Made by a program: the position numbers and the translations under genes. A stretch of DNA of 62,693 bases, the filler included, from Collodictyon triciliatum (taxonomy: Eukaryota), in assembly GCA_043381765.1 (NCBI GenBank). It is 9 parts of 9 records of this genome, joined end to end, with 100 filler letters (N's around TTAATTAATTAA, not from the genome) between each part and the next. Parts side by side here need not be neighbours in the genome. Positions count along the whole stretch, not along the records: positions 36,705 to 44,210 come from JBHJMP010003864.1; positions 44,311 to 51,815 come from JBHJMP010003865.1; 7 more parts are not named here. One strand, written 5' to 3'. Shown piece by piece: positions 37,009-49,800 of this stretch (position 1 is the first letter of the stretch; each line of letters starts with the position of its first letter). Under the pieces are notes generated by a model that was not told the origin of the DNA, ran no database searches, and saw only the letters and a program-made list of their open reading frames with translations.

Positions 37009-39420
37009 CTACTTGCGACCTTGGCTTTGCGGCTTCTTGGATGACTCGGCCCTAGTTTTTCTTGTCTCGATTTGTCTAGATGTATTCATCAATATCTTCC
37101 CTTTCTTTTTTCCTTTCTGATTTCCTCTCTCCTGTTCCTGTTCCTGTTCCCTTTCCCTTTCCCTTTCCCTTTCCCTTTCCCTTTCTCTTTCTCTTTCCCT
37201 TTCCCTTTCCCTTTCCCTTTCCCTTTCCATATCCTCTTCCATTCCTTCCTCGTCGAGTTTTCTGATGGCCCTGGAGTGCATCTCGTATTCAAACATTCTT
37301 CTTCTATCGATGGCATCATTTACCAAAGAGCGGGTGTGTTCGCCGGCTTTCCAAAGAGTAAGTCGGTTTCCAACCATGATAAAGGAGTGTTGTGCCCTGG
37401 TGAGAGAAACATTGAGCCTTCTTCGGTCAGTCAAAAAGCCGATGTCTCCTTTTTCATTCGATCGGGTAAAGGTGAGAATGCAAGTGTGGTATTCTTTGCC
37501 TTGGGAACTGTCAACTGTCTGCGCCAGTGGGGGAAGGTTATGTTTCTCCAGCGATTCGTTTATCATAACCACTTGCATGTAGTAGTAACACAGCACCACA
37601 ACGTCATACTCTCTGCTAGAATACTGAGGATATTCAAATAATTTCTGGATGATACTAATTACTGCTTTGATTTCTTCCTCATTCCAAATGCTGGTATTTA
37701 AGAAAGATTCGCTGCCTAAGACATTGATGAAGGAGTATGGGCACATCCATGTTTCCCTTGTAAACTCTCTGGCGGTATTTATTCTCTCCCTGACGTGGTT
37801 TGAATCTATTATTTCGTCATGGTATATGTTCTGTTTTACCCACATGCTGATTTCAGGGTCCATGCGATATTGAAAAGTAAGGGCTGTGCGCGGTTGTTTC
37901 TTCTCCAAGAATCGGACCATTAGAGACCTATTATAATTTCTGTCTCTGGCTTCCTGCGACAAAACAAGCGACGGCAACTGCTTATTATCCCCAACAATGA
38001 GGCATTTTGTGGGGTTCTTGTTGAAGGGTGTAAGGCTTTCTGCCTCACAGACACGTCCAGCCTCATCAATTATGAGAACATCAAATGAACGGATTGAAGA
38101 TAGGACTTTTGAAGTTGCAGTTGTAATCGTGCAGAATATGATATTTGCCGATGCGAGCATAGTTGCCACTTTCATCTCTTCTTCAGGAGTTTCACGTGCT
38201 TTTGTCGAGACGAATATCGCGTTTAAGGTCGTGTCTTTCGGTCGAGTATCTTCACTTCCAACCAAGTATATTTTATGGCCGCTATTGAGCGACTGGTACT
38301 TCTTGGCCAGCAATTGTACACCTTCATTGTGATGGACACAAATCATTATTCGAGCCTTCTGATTGTTGACAAGCTGACGAGCTACTGTGGTAATCAGGGT
38401 TGATTTTCCGGTCCCAGGAGGCCCCAAAACAACGTGAATGCCCGATTCCATTCGATAGAATGTCGCAGCAGCTCTTTTCTGAGATTCATTCAAGTTGGAG
38501 AAAAGAGTTCTGTCCTCGCTGGTAAGCTCAGAAACAGGTCCATGAGACTTGCCTTTGATAAGGTCATCGAGGCATTTCAAGTTTGGTCTGGATAGACAAG
38601 TGGCAAATGCGCGCATTTGAGGAATGAATGAAGAGAGCATGTAGCCGTAGATTGTGTCAGTGGTTTGCAGTGTCAAGAGCTGCAGGGCTGCCTCTGTCTT
38701 GTTGAACGACATCTCGATAAACTCGCTCCTTACATGACGATAACTGACCACACCAATCAAGACGTTTCTGAAGTTCCCTTCCTCAAACTCCTGTCTCTGT
38801 GAATCCGTGAAAATGGCCACAAACTGATGAGGCATGATATATTGTTCCTTGTCCCTGGGGTGTCTTTTAGGCTTCAATTGCATGATTACGAGGTCAGCTA
38901 TCACTTTGACGGGATAATTCTCGTCGGGTTTAGAAACCAGGGTAAGCTTCTCATAAGGGTATGCTTGCCACATACTCAGCCTCCTAAGCTCTGTGTGGAG
39001 CCCGACCCTCAGTTCTTCAATGATGCATTCCAAGAACGAATGATAATAATATCTTTCCTCGTGAAAGGATGGGGCTATTCTTTCCGCCCAGCGAATATCA
39101 CTTAAAGTCTCGGTAATAAAACCATAGTCCCAATAGCGCACCTCGTCCATAAAGATTTCAGAGGCTGCTTTGTACGGCCCCATCATTTTCGTCAGAATCT
39201 CCATTCTCACATGGATGGTTCTGTAGTGATCGATATTGGACGGAGCAGGGGCCCCGAAATGGGCCTCCACAACGTTGCAATCCTCAAGCACGAATCTGTT
39301 TGACGCCTGCGAGGAGACGGATGAAGCTGATCCTCGTCTTGACTGCGACTCTGTGTTGTTGCTCTGAATGCTTCGGGGTGTGTGGGGCGACTTGCTGTTG
39401 GCGCGTCTAGGGCTTGCCAT
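37009..39420 (-). CDS. Intronless superfamily 1 helicase, UPF1/DNA2/NAM7/Sen1-like (AAA_11 plus AAA_12)
   Basis: LNESQ, GPPGTGKST, IIDEAG, VGDNKQLPS, QYRMDPEI, TVDSSQGKE and RRLNVSLTRA, with an (RE)n tail. The start is the ATG at 39420, or possibly further upstream in the frame that stays open to 39522. Confidence 0.92.
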   Translation of the reverse strand: MASPRRANSKSPHTPRSIQSNNTESQSRRGSASSVSSQASNRFVLEDCNVVEAHFGAPAPSNIDHYRTIHVRMEILTKMMGPYKAASEIFMDEVRYWDYGFITETLSDIRWAERIAPSFHEERYYYHSFLECIIEELRVGLHTELRRLSMWQAYPYEKLTLVSKPDENYPVKVIADLVIMQLKPKRHPRDKEQYIMPHQFVAIFTDSQRQEFEEGNFRNVLIGVVSYRHVRSEFIEMSFNKTEAALQLLTLQTTDTIYGYMLSSFIPQMRAFATCLSRPNLKCLDDLIKGKSHGPVSELTSEDRTLFSNLNESQKRAAATFYRMESGIHVVLGPPGTGKSTLITTVARQLVNNQKARIMICVHHNEGVQLLAKKYQSLNSGHKIYLVGSEDTRPKDTTLNAIFVSTKARETPEEEMKVATMLASANIIFCTITTATSKVLSSIRSFDVLIIDEAGRVCEAESLTPFNKNPTKCLIVGDNKQLPSLVLSQEARDRNYNRSLMVRFLEKKQPRTALTFQYRMDPEISMWVKQNIYHDEIIDSNHVRERINTAREFTRETWMCPYSFINVLGSESFLNTSIWNEEEIKAVISIIQKLFEYPQYSSREYDVVVLCYYYMQVVMINESLEKHNLPPLAQTVDSSQGKEYHTCILTFTRSNEKGDIGFLTDRRRLNVSLTRAQHSFIMVGNRLTLWKAGEHTRSLVNDAIDRRRMFEYEMHSRAIRKLDEEGMEEDMEREREREREREREREREREREREREREQEQEQERGNQKGKKKGKILMNTSRQIETRKTRAESSKKPQSQGRK

Positions 39421-40173
39421 ATTTCTTTCTTCTTTTTGTGCGTGAGAGTGTCCTTGTCGGTTCCTGGGTGCTACAGATTGAGTGGAGAGAAAAAGAGAAA
39501 GTGAACCATGTTCTTCGCACACAAAGGGGACTGGAAACTTGACAGCTTGTCTGGCAGTGGGTTATTTGTGTGCGTGATATACTCCGACTGAAAAAAAAAA
39601 ATGTAACTATCGCGGTGCGAAGGACATCATCCCTATGCACAAACACTTGTATTTATACCCCAACTACAGGCTGTCCGAAAGGAATTCAATTCGTGCGCAA
39701 AGAAAGCCGAAGAAAAAAAAAGAAAAGATTCGATGAGCAACGCCATAGGTAGAACTCTGAAAATGAGACGAGATATAAGGGTTTTGCAAAAGTGAGTGCC
39801 AATTGAAAAAAAAAATGTAAACACTTACATTCTCTGAATGAATTTCTCCCAAAAGAGCGATTATTTTCCAGATAAGGATGTTCACTAAGAGCCGTTGGAA
39901 AAGGGTAGTAAGCTTAACCTCTTGAATCACACTCTCCAAAGCCCAGGCGAAGAGGAAAGGCCTCTGTTTCTTTTCCGTTTATTTTTTCTGTCTGTTTAAT
40001 TATTAAGACGGGCATGGTCTTCCGATTGGGTTGAATTGGATTGGGTTGGATTGGATTGGATTGGATTGGATGGGATAAGTGAAGAGAGAGGAATAGAGAC
40101 GGTTCATTCATTCATTCATTCATTCATTCATAGATTGGTTGGTTGATTCATATCCGTGTCTGGGCGCGGTCTT

Positions 40174-43100
40174 TTAGTTAAACTTGTTGCTGCTACGGTT
40201 GTGGACCATGTGGCTCTTGACAAGGTGGCCAGCTGTGAGTGCGGCCATGAGGGAAAGCTCGCCGGCCATCACGGTTGCGCAGATGATGCGGGCCAATTGG
40301 CGGGCGTTGTCTCCGGCCACCGGGGCAGCTCCTTTGACTCCGAGCATCTCGAGGCATTTCCCTTGCGCAGGCAGGACAGTTCCGCCTCCAACTGTGCCCA
40401 CTTCGATGGATGGCATGGTGCATGTGATCAGAAGGTCGCGTCCGTCGTTGATGCTATGGAATGTGTTTCCATAGTTGGGATGTCCTTTTAGTTATAAATA
40501 TGGCAAATAGAAAGAAAGAAAAAAGCGTCTTTTTTTTTTCTCCCTCTCTCGCGTGAAAAGCCAATTCAAAAGAATGACACTGATGAATGAATATATGTTT
40601 GAATTTGCTAGAGAGTGTAGTAACTTTGTACGAGAGTTGTTTGTTTAAAGTGGGTTATCAAGGAGCAAACCTTTCCATCATCGTCATGCAATTGGAGCTT
40701 TCCACATTCTGAGCCGGGTCTTGGCCGCAGGCGATGTACAGCGCAGTCACGAGGTTTGAGCTATGTGCGTTGAATCCGCCTATAGTTCCATGATGAGAGA
40801 GAGAGAGAGAGCATAATGTTAGAACCTCATTATCGCACACTCATTTATATATTTCTTCTTTTTGCTTTCGGTTTAATCACAAAATGAGCGATTGACTGGA
40901 CTATGCGCAAGTACATATATTATTTTACCGATGGAGCCGGCCATTGCAGAGCCAATCAAGTTCTTTGATATGTTGACTTCAACCATCTTTGCAACATCTG
41001 CCTTCAGGACATTCTTTACCACATCTCCGGGGATGATGGCCTCGGCAACGACGCTCTTTCCACGTCCTTCGATCCAGTTGATGGCCGCAGGTTTTTTGTC
41101 GCAGCAGAAGTTACCGCTGATGCTAAACGTTTTCATGCGTATTTAGAGCGATTGCCCAACGAGACATAGCCGCATTTCCACTTTTGCAACAGTGGCAAAA
41201 GGATGCGCGTCAAGAGTATCTTCATAACAACGGANNNNNNNNNNNNNNNNNNNNNNNNNNNNNNNNNNNNNNNNNNNNNNNNNNNNNNNNNNNNNNNNNN
41301 NNNNNNNNNNNNNNNNNNNNNNNNNNNNNNNNNNNNNNNNNNNNNNNNNNNNNNNNNNNNNNNNNNNNNNNNNNNNNNNNNNNNNNNNNNNNNNNNNNNN
41401 NNNNNNNNNNNNNNNNNNNNNNNNNNNNNNNNNNNNNNNNNNNNNNNNNNNNNNNNNNNNNNNNNNNNNNNNNNNNNNNNNNNNNNNNNNNNNNNNNNNN
41501 NNNNNNNNNNNNNNNNNNNNNNNNNNNNNNNNNNNNNNNNNNNNNNNNNNNNNNNNNNNNNNNNNNNNNNNNNNNNNNNNNNNNNNNNNNNNNNNNNNNN
41601 NNNNNNNNNNNNNNNNNNNNNNNNNNNNNNNNNNNNNNNNNNNNNNNNNNNNNGAAAAGCATTAGAACCAGGAAGGAAATGCCATCAAAAGGAAGTGCAT
41701 CGTCTCATCAAAAAGAAAATTCGTATCCATTTGGCTTCACTGATGACAGAATCTGTTTAGTCTTCCTTTCAATTTTGTGCAAGATGGTGGAGTGTTGGCT
41801 TCGGATTGCTAACAGAATCTTAATATTTTCCTCAAGAGAGCTTTTGCTTACAAAATTTGCATCTTCTTGAAGCCATTTCACCATAGCAGCGGCTCTGGTG
41901 GCACTCGGGAACTTGACAACTGGCCCACGAGTCATCCCGTCTTTAAGAACTTCTGTTCGTGCTCCTCCTATTCAGTATATATATAAAAGACAAAAGACAA
42001 AAGACAAAAGACAAAAAGACAAAAAGACAAAAAGACAAAAAGACAAAAAGACAAAAAGACAAAAAGACAAAAGACAAAAAGGAAAAAGGAAAAAGGCAAA
42101 AGAAAAAGAGGGAGAGATGAGAAACCAGTTTAACATATCATACTATTAAACATGACATACATTTGACAATTAAAGGGCAGATAAACCGATCGCGATTGCA
42201 GGATGACATCAGTTAGTTTGTAGATAAGTTGAACCAAACCTCCCATGTTGATTGCCTTACAGCCTCGATTTGTACTGGCAATCAGAGCACCTTCAGTAGT
42301 GGCCATGGGAACCGTGTATTTTTTGCCGTCGATAACAAGAGGACCGGCCACCCCGAGAGGAACAGGGACGTATCTGAATTTGTCACGTTTGTCAGAAGTT
42401 CACAAATTCAAATATACAAATATTTTTCTTTTATCTTTTCAGATAAGAAAAGATAAGAAATGATAAGAAATGATAAGAAATGATAAGAAATGATAAGAAA
42501 TGATAAGAAATGATAAGAAATGATAAGAAATGATAAGAAAAGACAAGAAAAGACAAGAAAAGACAAGAAAGGACAAGAAAGGACAAGAAAGACAAGAAAG
42601 GACAAGAAAGGACAAGAAAGGACAAGAAAGGACAAGAAAGGACATGAAAGGACAAGAAAAGATGAGAAAAGAACATGCAAGTAGCGAATATGGGGATGCC
42701 ATAAAATTTCTGATAGAATAAAAAGGTATAGCATAGAAGCGAGTGGAAAAGATTAAGTGAATATGTATGTATATACAAAAGGCAAAGGAAGGTAGACAAG
42801 AGAAATATGCAATATTACCCAATCACATTCTCACAACATGCCCCATATACAATCTTATAGTCGTAGTTTTCATGAGGAATTTCAGTCAACTCCACGTTGA
42901 TTTCATTCTCTAGAGATATACACAATTAGGTTGCTTTTTCTATACATAAATTGGATTAAGAACAAGAAGACTGTCCAGGACTATTACAACCAGCAAGATG
43001 ACAAAGATATGTAAAGAGGCATCTGCCAATGTCTTCTTTCTTTTGAGTGAGCTTGGTGTACCTCTCTAAATAAAATAAATAATGTCACAAGTAAGCCAGG

Positions 43101-43906
43101 ACAAACCAACCACTGAGCGCCTCAGACGCACTGCGCGGTGCAAATCTCCAAAGGCCTTTTCAAACATGTGGTGCGAAGCCTTTCCTTCACGAACCAGAGA
43201 CAAAACTTCTTCGTCTCCGAGATCGCTCAGCTGGTCCAGAACCATGTATGCTTTGCTGCTTTCTGCGGAAGCGTCTGACGAAGGCTTTGGCGACGGAGCA
43301 ATAGCGGCGGATTTTTCCAGCGATTGGGAGCCCGATGAGGCGTTTGGTGTGGTTGTGAGAGAAGACTGTGATGGGGGTTTCCCTGCAGTAGGACGATTCA
43401 CCGCAACTGACTGTCTCCGAGAGTCAGGCGTACTTGTATTCTCAGTCGCTGAGGCATTTGTGGTCTGGCTCACGTTTCAAAAGAGTTTTGAGTTATGTGC
43501 GGTGAGTATGGGCAAAAGAATAGAAGAAGTGAAGTATGTGGATGTGTAGAGAATAATGAACTCGCAAGTATTTCTTTCTGTTGGCAAAAAAAAAAAGTGA
43601 TACTTTGTACGAGTTTACAGCTCTTAGTTTTGTTCCAATAGTATTTTTTCTTAAAAAAAAAAGAGGAAAATAAAAATAAAATAAAAATAAAAATAAAAGA
43701 GGAAAAGAAAAGTGTTAGTTTGGCGAGACGGAGAAGAGTTGGAAGAGGAGTGGTGATCGTTTGGAAGAGAAGGCTACATTTTTTACAGAGCTCTTTCTTG
43801 TCGCGGCAGAGAAGAGAAAACTAAGGAGTGTTGTGACGATGCACCCGACAACAAAGGAGGCCGCAGCAGCTTGCAAAATCGCCTGGTCGATGTTGTTGAG
43901 ATCCAT
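40174..43906 (-). CDS. HMGCR: Class I HMG-CoA reductase, multi-exon; a middle part falls in the N gap 41235-41653
   Basis: [98 protein letters not shown] and HMVHNRS, with one N-terminal hydrophobic segment. Confidence 0.96.
42442..42660. repeat. (GATAAGAAAT)n and (GACAAGAAAG)n 10-bp repeats in an HMGCR intron
   Basis: Direct inspection. Confidence 0.9.
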
Positions 43907-44470
43907 CTCCCGGCTTCGGAGTCTGATAGCGAGAAAGGACTTTCAGGGGACTGTTGGGGTTCACGCTTGCCTTTCTTGAGAACAGGGAACCAGAAAGGAC
44001 AGGAGGAAGTCAGGGGTGCGCAAAAGCGAATTAACGAAAGACTGCTTTTGTTGCTACCATTGTTGCCTTTTCATGGCCTGTGTTTTCTTTTTTTAGTGTG
44101 TTTTTTTGTATTTTGTGTGTTTTGTGTGTTTTGTGTGTTTTTTGTGTTTTTTGTGTTTTTTGTGTTTTTTGTGTTTTTTGTGTTTTTTGTGTTTTTTGTG
44201 TTTTTTGTGTNNNNNNNNNNNNNNNNNNNNNNNNNNNNNNNNNNNNNNNNNNNNTTAATTAATTAANNNNNNNNNNNNNNNNNNNNNNNNNNNNNNNNNN
44301 NNNNNNNNNNAAAAACAAAAACAAAAACAAAAACAAAAACAAAAACAAAAACAAAAACAAAAACAAAAACAAAAACAAAAACAAAAACAAAAACAAAAAC
44401 AAAAACCAACATAAAATGCTTGGCTGACCTAGCACCTCTGTGCACAGGGAATACAAGCAAGAAAGAGGAT

Positions 44471-45999
44471 ATGGAGGGGGCTTTCAAGAACTTTGTCTTC
44501 TTTGGGGACCTTGCACAGTTCAACCATGGCTCCGGTTTGGAGTCGACGGGCGTGAAAGACGTCAGGTCAGTAGTGATAGGGCAGGCCAGAAAGATCGCAG
44601 TGTTTCAAGGGGCTTGCCCAAGCGACGCCTTTGGATCGATACCGGTAAGGCACTATGCTCTTCCTGCAACCAAAGTCCATATCTCTTGAAGCAACAATCG
44701 CAACTCATTTATTTTGTTCTATCTGCACGACAGATCCGAGCATTTCGTGCACTATCTCAAAATGAAGAGTGTCTTATCATCCTACGTTACAATGACCCAC
44801 AAATACCAAACCCAGAAGAACTATGTCGCTTCATTAATGTTTTTATGCACACAAATCTCTCTGTCTTGTACAGAAGTCAGTCCTATGGCATTGACATTCT
44901 TGTTGGATCTTTGGCTGATATTGGGACCGTTAGGCAGAAAATGAGCAATTTTCAAAAAAAGAGCAGCTGGGTGGTAAGTGTACTCAATTCACTTCGTAAG
45001 AATCTTGTCTAACAGCTAAAGAAGTAGTACACAGAGAGAGAAAAAACTATCAATACATGCATCTTAAAAGGAGCAATAAGTTCGAAAATAACAGCCAATC
45101 AGCCCTTCAAACAATACCACTTTTTTCTCCATTTCCTTTTATATTCCCATAATTACATTCAAAATTGTATTCACACTTGTATACTTTAGCTTCATTTTTA
45201 TGATTATGTGGACTTATGGGGATGGCCCACTCCTAATACAAGTAAATCATATCTTTATGCAATCTGCTTGCAACTACCAATCCTCTCTTGCTATCATATC
45301 CAATTATCTCCTTTCACACCCCATCAGCACCAGATTTCCGCTGGGTTTTAAAATATATCCACTTTTTCCACAGTAATGCATCATAGACCCCTAATCAAAG
45401 ATTGTAGTTGTTAGTTGATAAGCGAAAGACTATACACTAATGAAACGCCGGCAATCAAGTAACTCATCTCGTATTCTTCCATAGATTCACACGATGACAA
45501 TGCGGATGAATCGTACAGCACACATTTAAATAGCCAGTTTTACTATCACAGCACAGAATCACCTCAAAATGTCTCCAGTTATCTCCGCCCAAGATGTGTG
45601 AGTACAGGATTCTTGAGTACTGATGCTGTCTCATCTCCTACACACGCACACTATGTGCCCCAGGAAATGAATATCGCACTCCAAGCCGCACCGCTAAGTG
45701 CCAGACAGGATAGCAATCGCCCACACACTCCAACAAATCTACCCTATCATATAGCTCCCAGTACGCCATCACAATCACAAAACCCCGGATGGAACATGGG
45801 GACTGCTACTCCTTATTCTACCCCGATTACATACAATCAAGGAGACGGGACACACCAACAATATCAAGGAATACAATCGCCCGTCTCTCACCACCCTCAA
45901 AATCCACAGTATCAACAATACAGTGAACAGACCCACCTTTTCTCTAACACATATGGCTCATATGCGAATTACGGTGGCCCTACAACGAACTACCAGTAA
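44471..45999 (+). CDS. Hypothetical protein with a globular N-terminal half and a P/Q/S/T/Y-rich low-complexity C terminus
   Basis: Phase-compatible GT-AG exons at about 44471-44644, 44733-44973, 45190-45241 and 45485-45999. I recognise no family. Confidence 0.55.
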
Positions 46000-46651
46000 T
46001 TGCGCTGAATTGGGACGGAGATAAAGGTATCTACCGTTGCTTGGGGCGTGATGGCTGCTGGATGGATGCATGAATACTAAATCCTACAAATCCATTCACC
46101 TTAATAAAATCGCACATCACCCAAACTCTTATGTTAATAATTTAAACCCACCTTTTTGGGCCATTTCTACCCAGGCAGTGAACAAGTAATCGCATACTGC
46201 CACCATTCACTCCTGAATAATATCTGCACTTAATTGTGATGATGAGAAGGCATCTGCTGAGCATTCAAGTAGACAGGGAAAAATTACCTCTGTTTATTCA
46301 ATCAGCTTCTGCGACGAAGTGCGCTCAATCAAGCGTGAAGAGCAAGCAGGTCACTTTTCCCTTCGCGCCCAGCGTTGGCGGTGTGGATTCGAGACAAGCG
46401 ACCAAAGAGAATCCAAAACCAAACTAGGAATAACTGCCAAGCAACTACAGAGACATGAGACAACAACGATCAACTATTTCGAACATTCTGAAATCTATTT
46501 TGGCAGCTCACTTTCATGTACTTGTTTTATCTGCCCTCCCTGTTGAGCAAAGACTTGAATGCAAAGGTAGTAGCATTTGATTACTTTTGTGAATAGCGAA
46601 GGTGCGGACATCTGGTTCGTCTTGGGCTGTTTATTTATCGTGTAGATATGC

Positions 46652-46702
<51 letters not shown>

Positions 46703-46836
46703 TTTTCTCTATTTTTCTTTTCAGTTGTTCCAGAGCCGCAGCGCATATGGAACACCAGAATCATTTATGCTTGACGCTCTGAACATACAACACAACCATG
46801 TCCACTGAACGATCTACTTAGCAAAATTGCAATATT

Positions 46837-49800
46837 ATGAAGATGTGTTTTTCATCGTCGGAGGAGTATAAGTTCCACAAACTGCTCCGGCTCTGCTACG
46901 AAGGCGATGCAGCTCCGTCTCTATCCAATCTTACCAAACTGCAGGCCTATGTATCTGTGAATCATCGACGACTTCCACACATCGCAGAGGAGATACTCCA
47001 GCATTTTCAAAGCAATATGGCCAGTAAAAAGTAAGTGTTTGGTTTCTCTCTTTTGCCAAGCTATTTACACACGCAATTCGGGGGTTTTTTTTAAACAATA
47101 TGAAGAAAACACCTAAAGAATACACTCAAAGAAGAAAACCGAAGAAAAATCACAGCACTTTATTCAAGAAACAGAAAGTTTTTCTTTTTTTAAAAAAAGA
47201 AGCAGAGGTTCTCAGAAACGCTTATTCATCAATATTTATCATATAAAAGTCTATGAAATATAGGATTTTCTTCATTCATTCTCGTGATTAACTTGTTGAT
47301 ATCTTAATGTTGTTAAGGCACATATCTCTGATACTGGCATAGTTTGATTCTATTTATTTTTTTCAATAATCCAATTCTTTCTCCGTCTTTGGTACAGAGT
47401 AAATGAGTCCATTGTGTCCATCGCCATACTTGACCATTTACTTCAGAACTGTGAAGGTATAGCACACCTATTAGGTCCCTCTGTTGTGCGGATATGCCAA
47501 ATTTGTGTGTTCCAATATGATGAGAAACTCGTTAGTTCATACATACGATTGGTAATTCATTTTCTTGACATTTTCCCATACTGAGTCAAAATAATACTTT
47601 TCGAATATTTGTCAATAACTGAAAGCACTTCATTTTACAATATAATAGCGTATAGCTTTGAATCGAATAAAGGAAAAAACATTATTATTTTAAAATTATA
47701 CCAAAATACTCATCAACTGATTAATTTTCTGTAAAGCTGAATCATTGGTGCAGCTTGTCCGAATCCACCAATCTGTCTAGCCAAGTAATAGATTTGGTTA
47801 ATGTTCTCAGCAATCTTTGTTTTTTCAAGTCGACAGTCCACACAGAAATGACAAGGTTATTGAATATATTTCTACTCTTCTAGTGTATTTTGATTTAAAA
47901 ACCAGTATATCATGGTGTGACCGTATTTTGCACCCAAGACAATTAAATACCATCTCCTTGAAAAGAACGAAAATTATGCACTACTAAAATGTTAATACAA
48001 AACTGTAAACTGATACAGGATGAGAATGAATGGTGTTAAAGGGATTTACTCTATTTGCAAAATCAAATCTAATTACATGAATAAGATGCAATTAATGATA
48101 AGTCCACTTATTTTCACTATTAGGTAATAACGAGATGTTTTAGTTTCAGAATAGGATAATGTCCTGATTCTCTTTGAAACCTTATATGATGTGTTTTCAT
48201 CGATAAATAATGTTGCTAATTATAGCATTTTAAACTGAAAATCAATTATAGCGATCCTTGCGCTGTAAACTATTCTATTCCCGTCGATTCAGACTCTACC
48301 GATTTTGACATCAATGGTTCCCGATACCTCCCCAACGAATTAGCGATGACAACATTGAATCTGATAGCCTCCAATGTTATGTTGACTGACGTTGAAAGAT
48401 TTGTGGCTGTTATATTCCAGTTAGATTCTTAATCAATCCTATTTTTCAAAGAATATGGTAGTATTATTGCCACTATTGTTAATCCCACAAAACAAACCTG
48501 TATAGCACTGAAACTTGTGACATTTCCAAACGCTCTGTTTTATTTTGCACAGAAGATATATCAATGCAGTGGCATTCTAATCCATAGCTGAAAACACCTA
48601 GTTGCTTCGATTCTGAAGGTGCTTGGGGAAAAGACAACGAAGTTCGGTTGATTACAATTGCCATATCAAATGGTCTTACGGTTAGTATTACTCTCGTTTT
48701 AGGATTAGTGTTTAAGATATACTGATGAAAAAATCAATACATCTTGTAAATATCCTTTCAAAATATAGCGCCATCAATTTATATAGCATGATAGTATCAA
48801 ACTACTTGCACATGAACAACTTCCTACAATTCACATTTTTATTTTGTTTGTAATACATGAACTGAATCTAGACACAATCCCGACCTATATTTTTGGAATC
48901 ATACCGGAAGCTCCTGTCAACAGATGGGGTATCCACCAGCAGAAAAATCTCAATTATGAGGTCATTGTTGGCTTGTGTAGAGTCTATCGATGGACAGTTT
49001 GGTCCGGCAAGCAATAACACCGTGAAGTGGATGGTTGCACTAGTGGAGGCACAGGGCGACGTAAGTTTAGATATATTCTATGAACCCCCAAAATTTTATG
49101 TTTAATGGACCACCACAAAGACAGGTGCTGGGGTAGAAGAGCGTCGTACACTTTTTGAAATTGCGTCAAACTGTTTGTGTATGTATAGCATACACAATAT
49201 TCCGATATACAATAACTATGTGCATAATTATAAATAGATTATAGATTATAGATACACGCAGCTGTGCATATATTGTTTTCACAAAGTTTTCATTTTTTTT
49301 GTATTCATATGAATGCTTGCTTTTCCGCAGATACCCTATGCAAAGGTATGAAGGATACCTCTGAAGCATGCCTATCATTGGAGTTTCTTCTGGGAAAATA
49401 CTACGAGGCAAGAAAATCAAGAGTCCAAAATACCCCGTTCACCAGGGTGATTTTGGCGTCTGCGTCAATTCTGGCAGATATCACAAAGAATGTCAATTTT
49501 CAAAATCAAATTCCAAAAGAAGGCTTTATCGGTGTTTTAGATGCCATCGATTCGAAAGATAGAGGTACAGCTGTTGTGTCGATCCAAACTATTTTTTTTT
49601 TTTAGTAGATGTGCTCTAAGAATTGTTTAAATAATTTATTTCACCAAGGCTATTATAATGAGTAAATTAAGAAAATCAGCAGAATTTTCATGTATTATTC
49701 ATGTTCTCTTGGTTACAGTCTAATTTTTCCCCTTTATTCGATTTAAAGTAGTCACACTATAGTTTAAAATATTTGCTTTTTATTGAAATAGACTTATGTA

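Noticed and set aside
36705..44210. Functional cluster of helicase plus HMGCR, or any cluster spanning linkers
   Set aside because: No shared pathway is evident, and adjacency across linkers is artificial.
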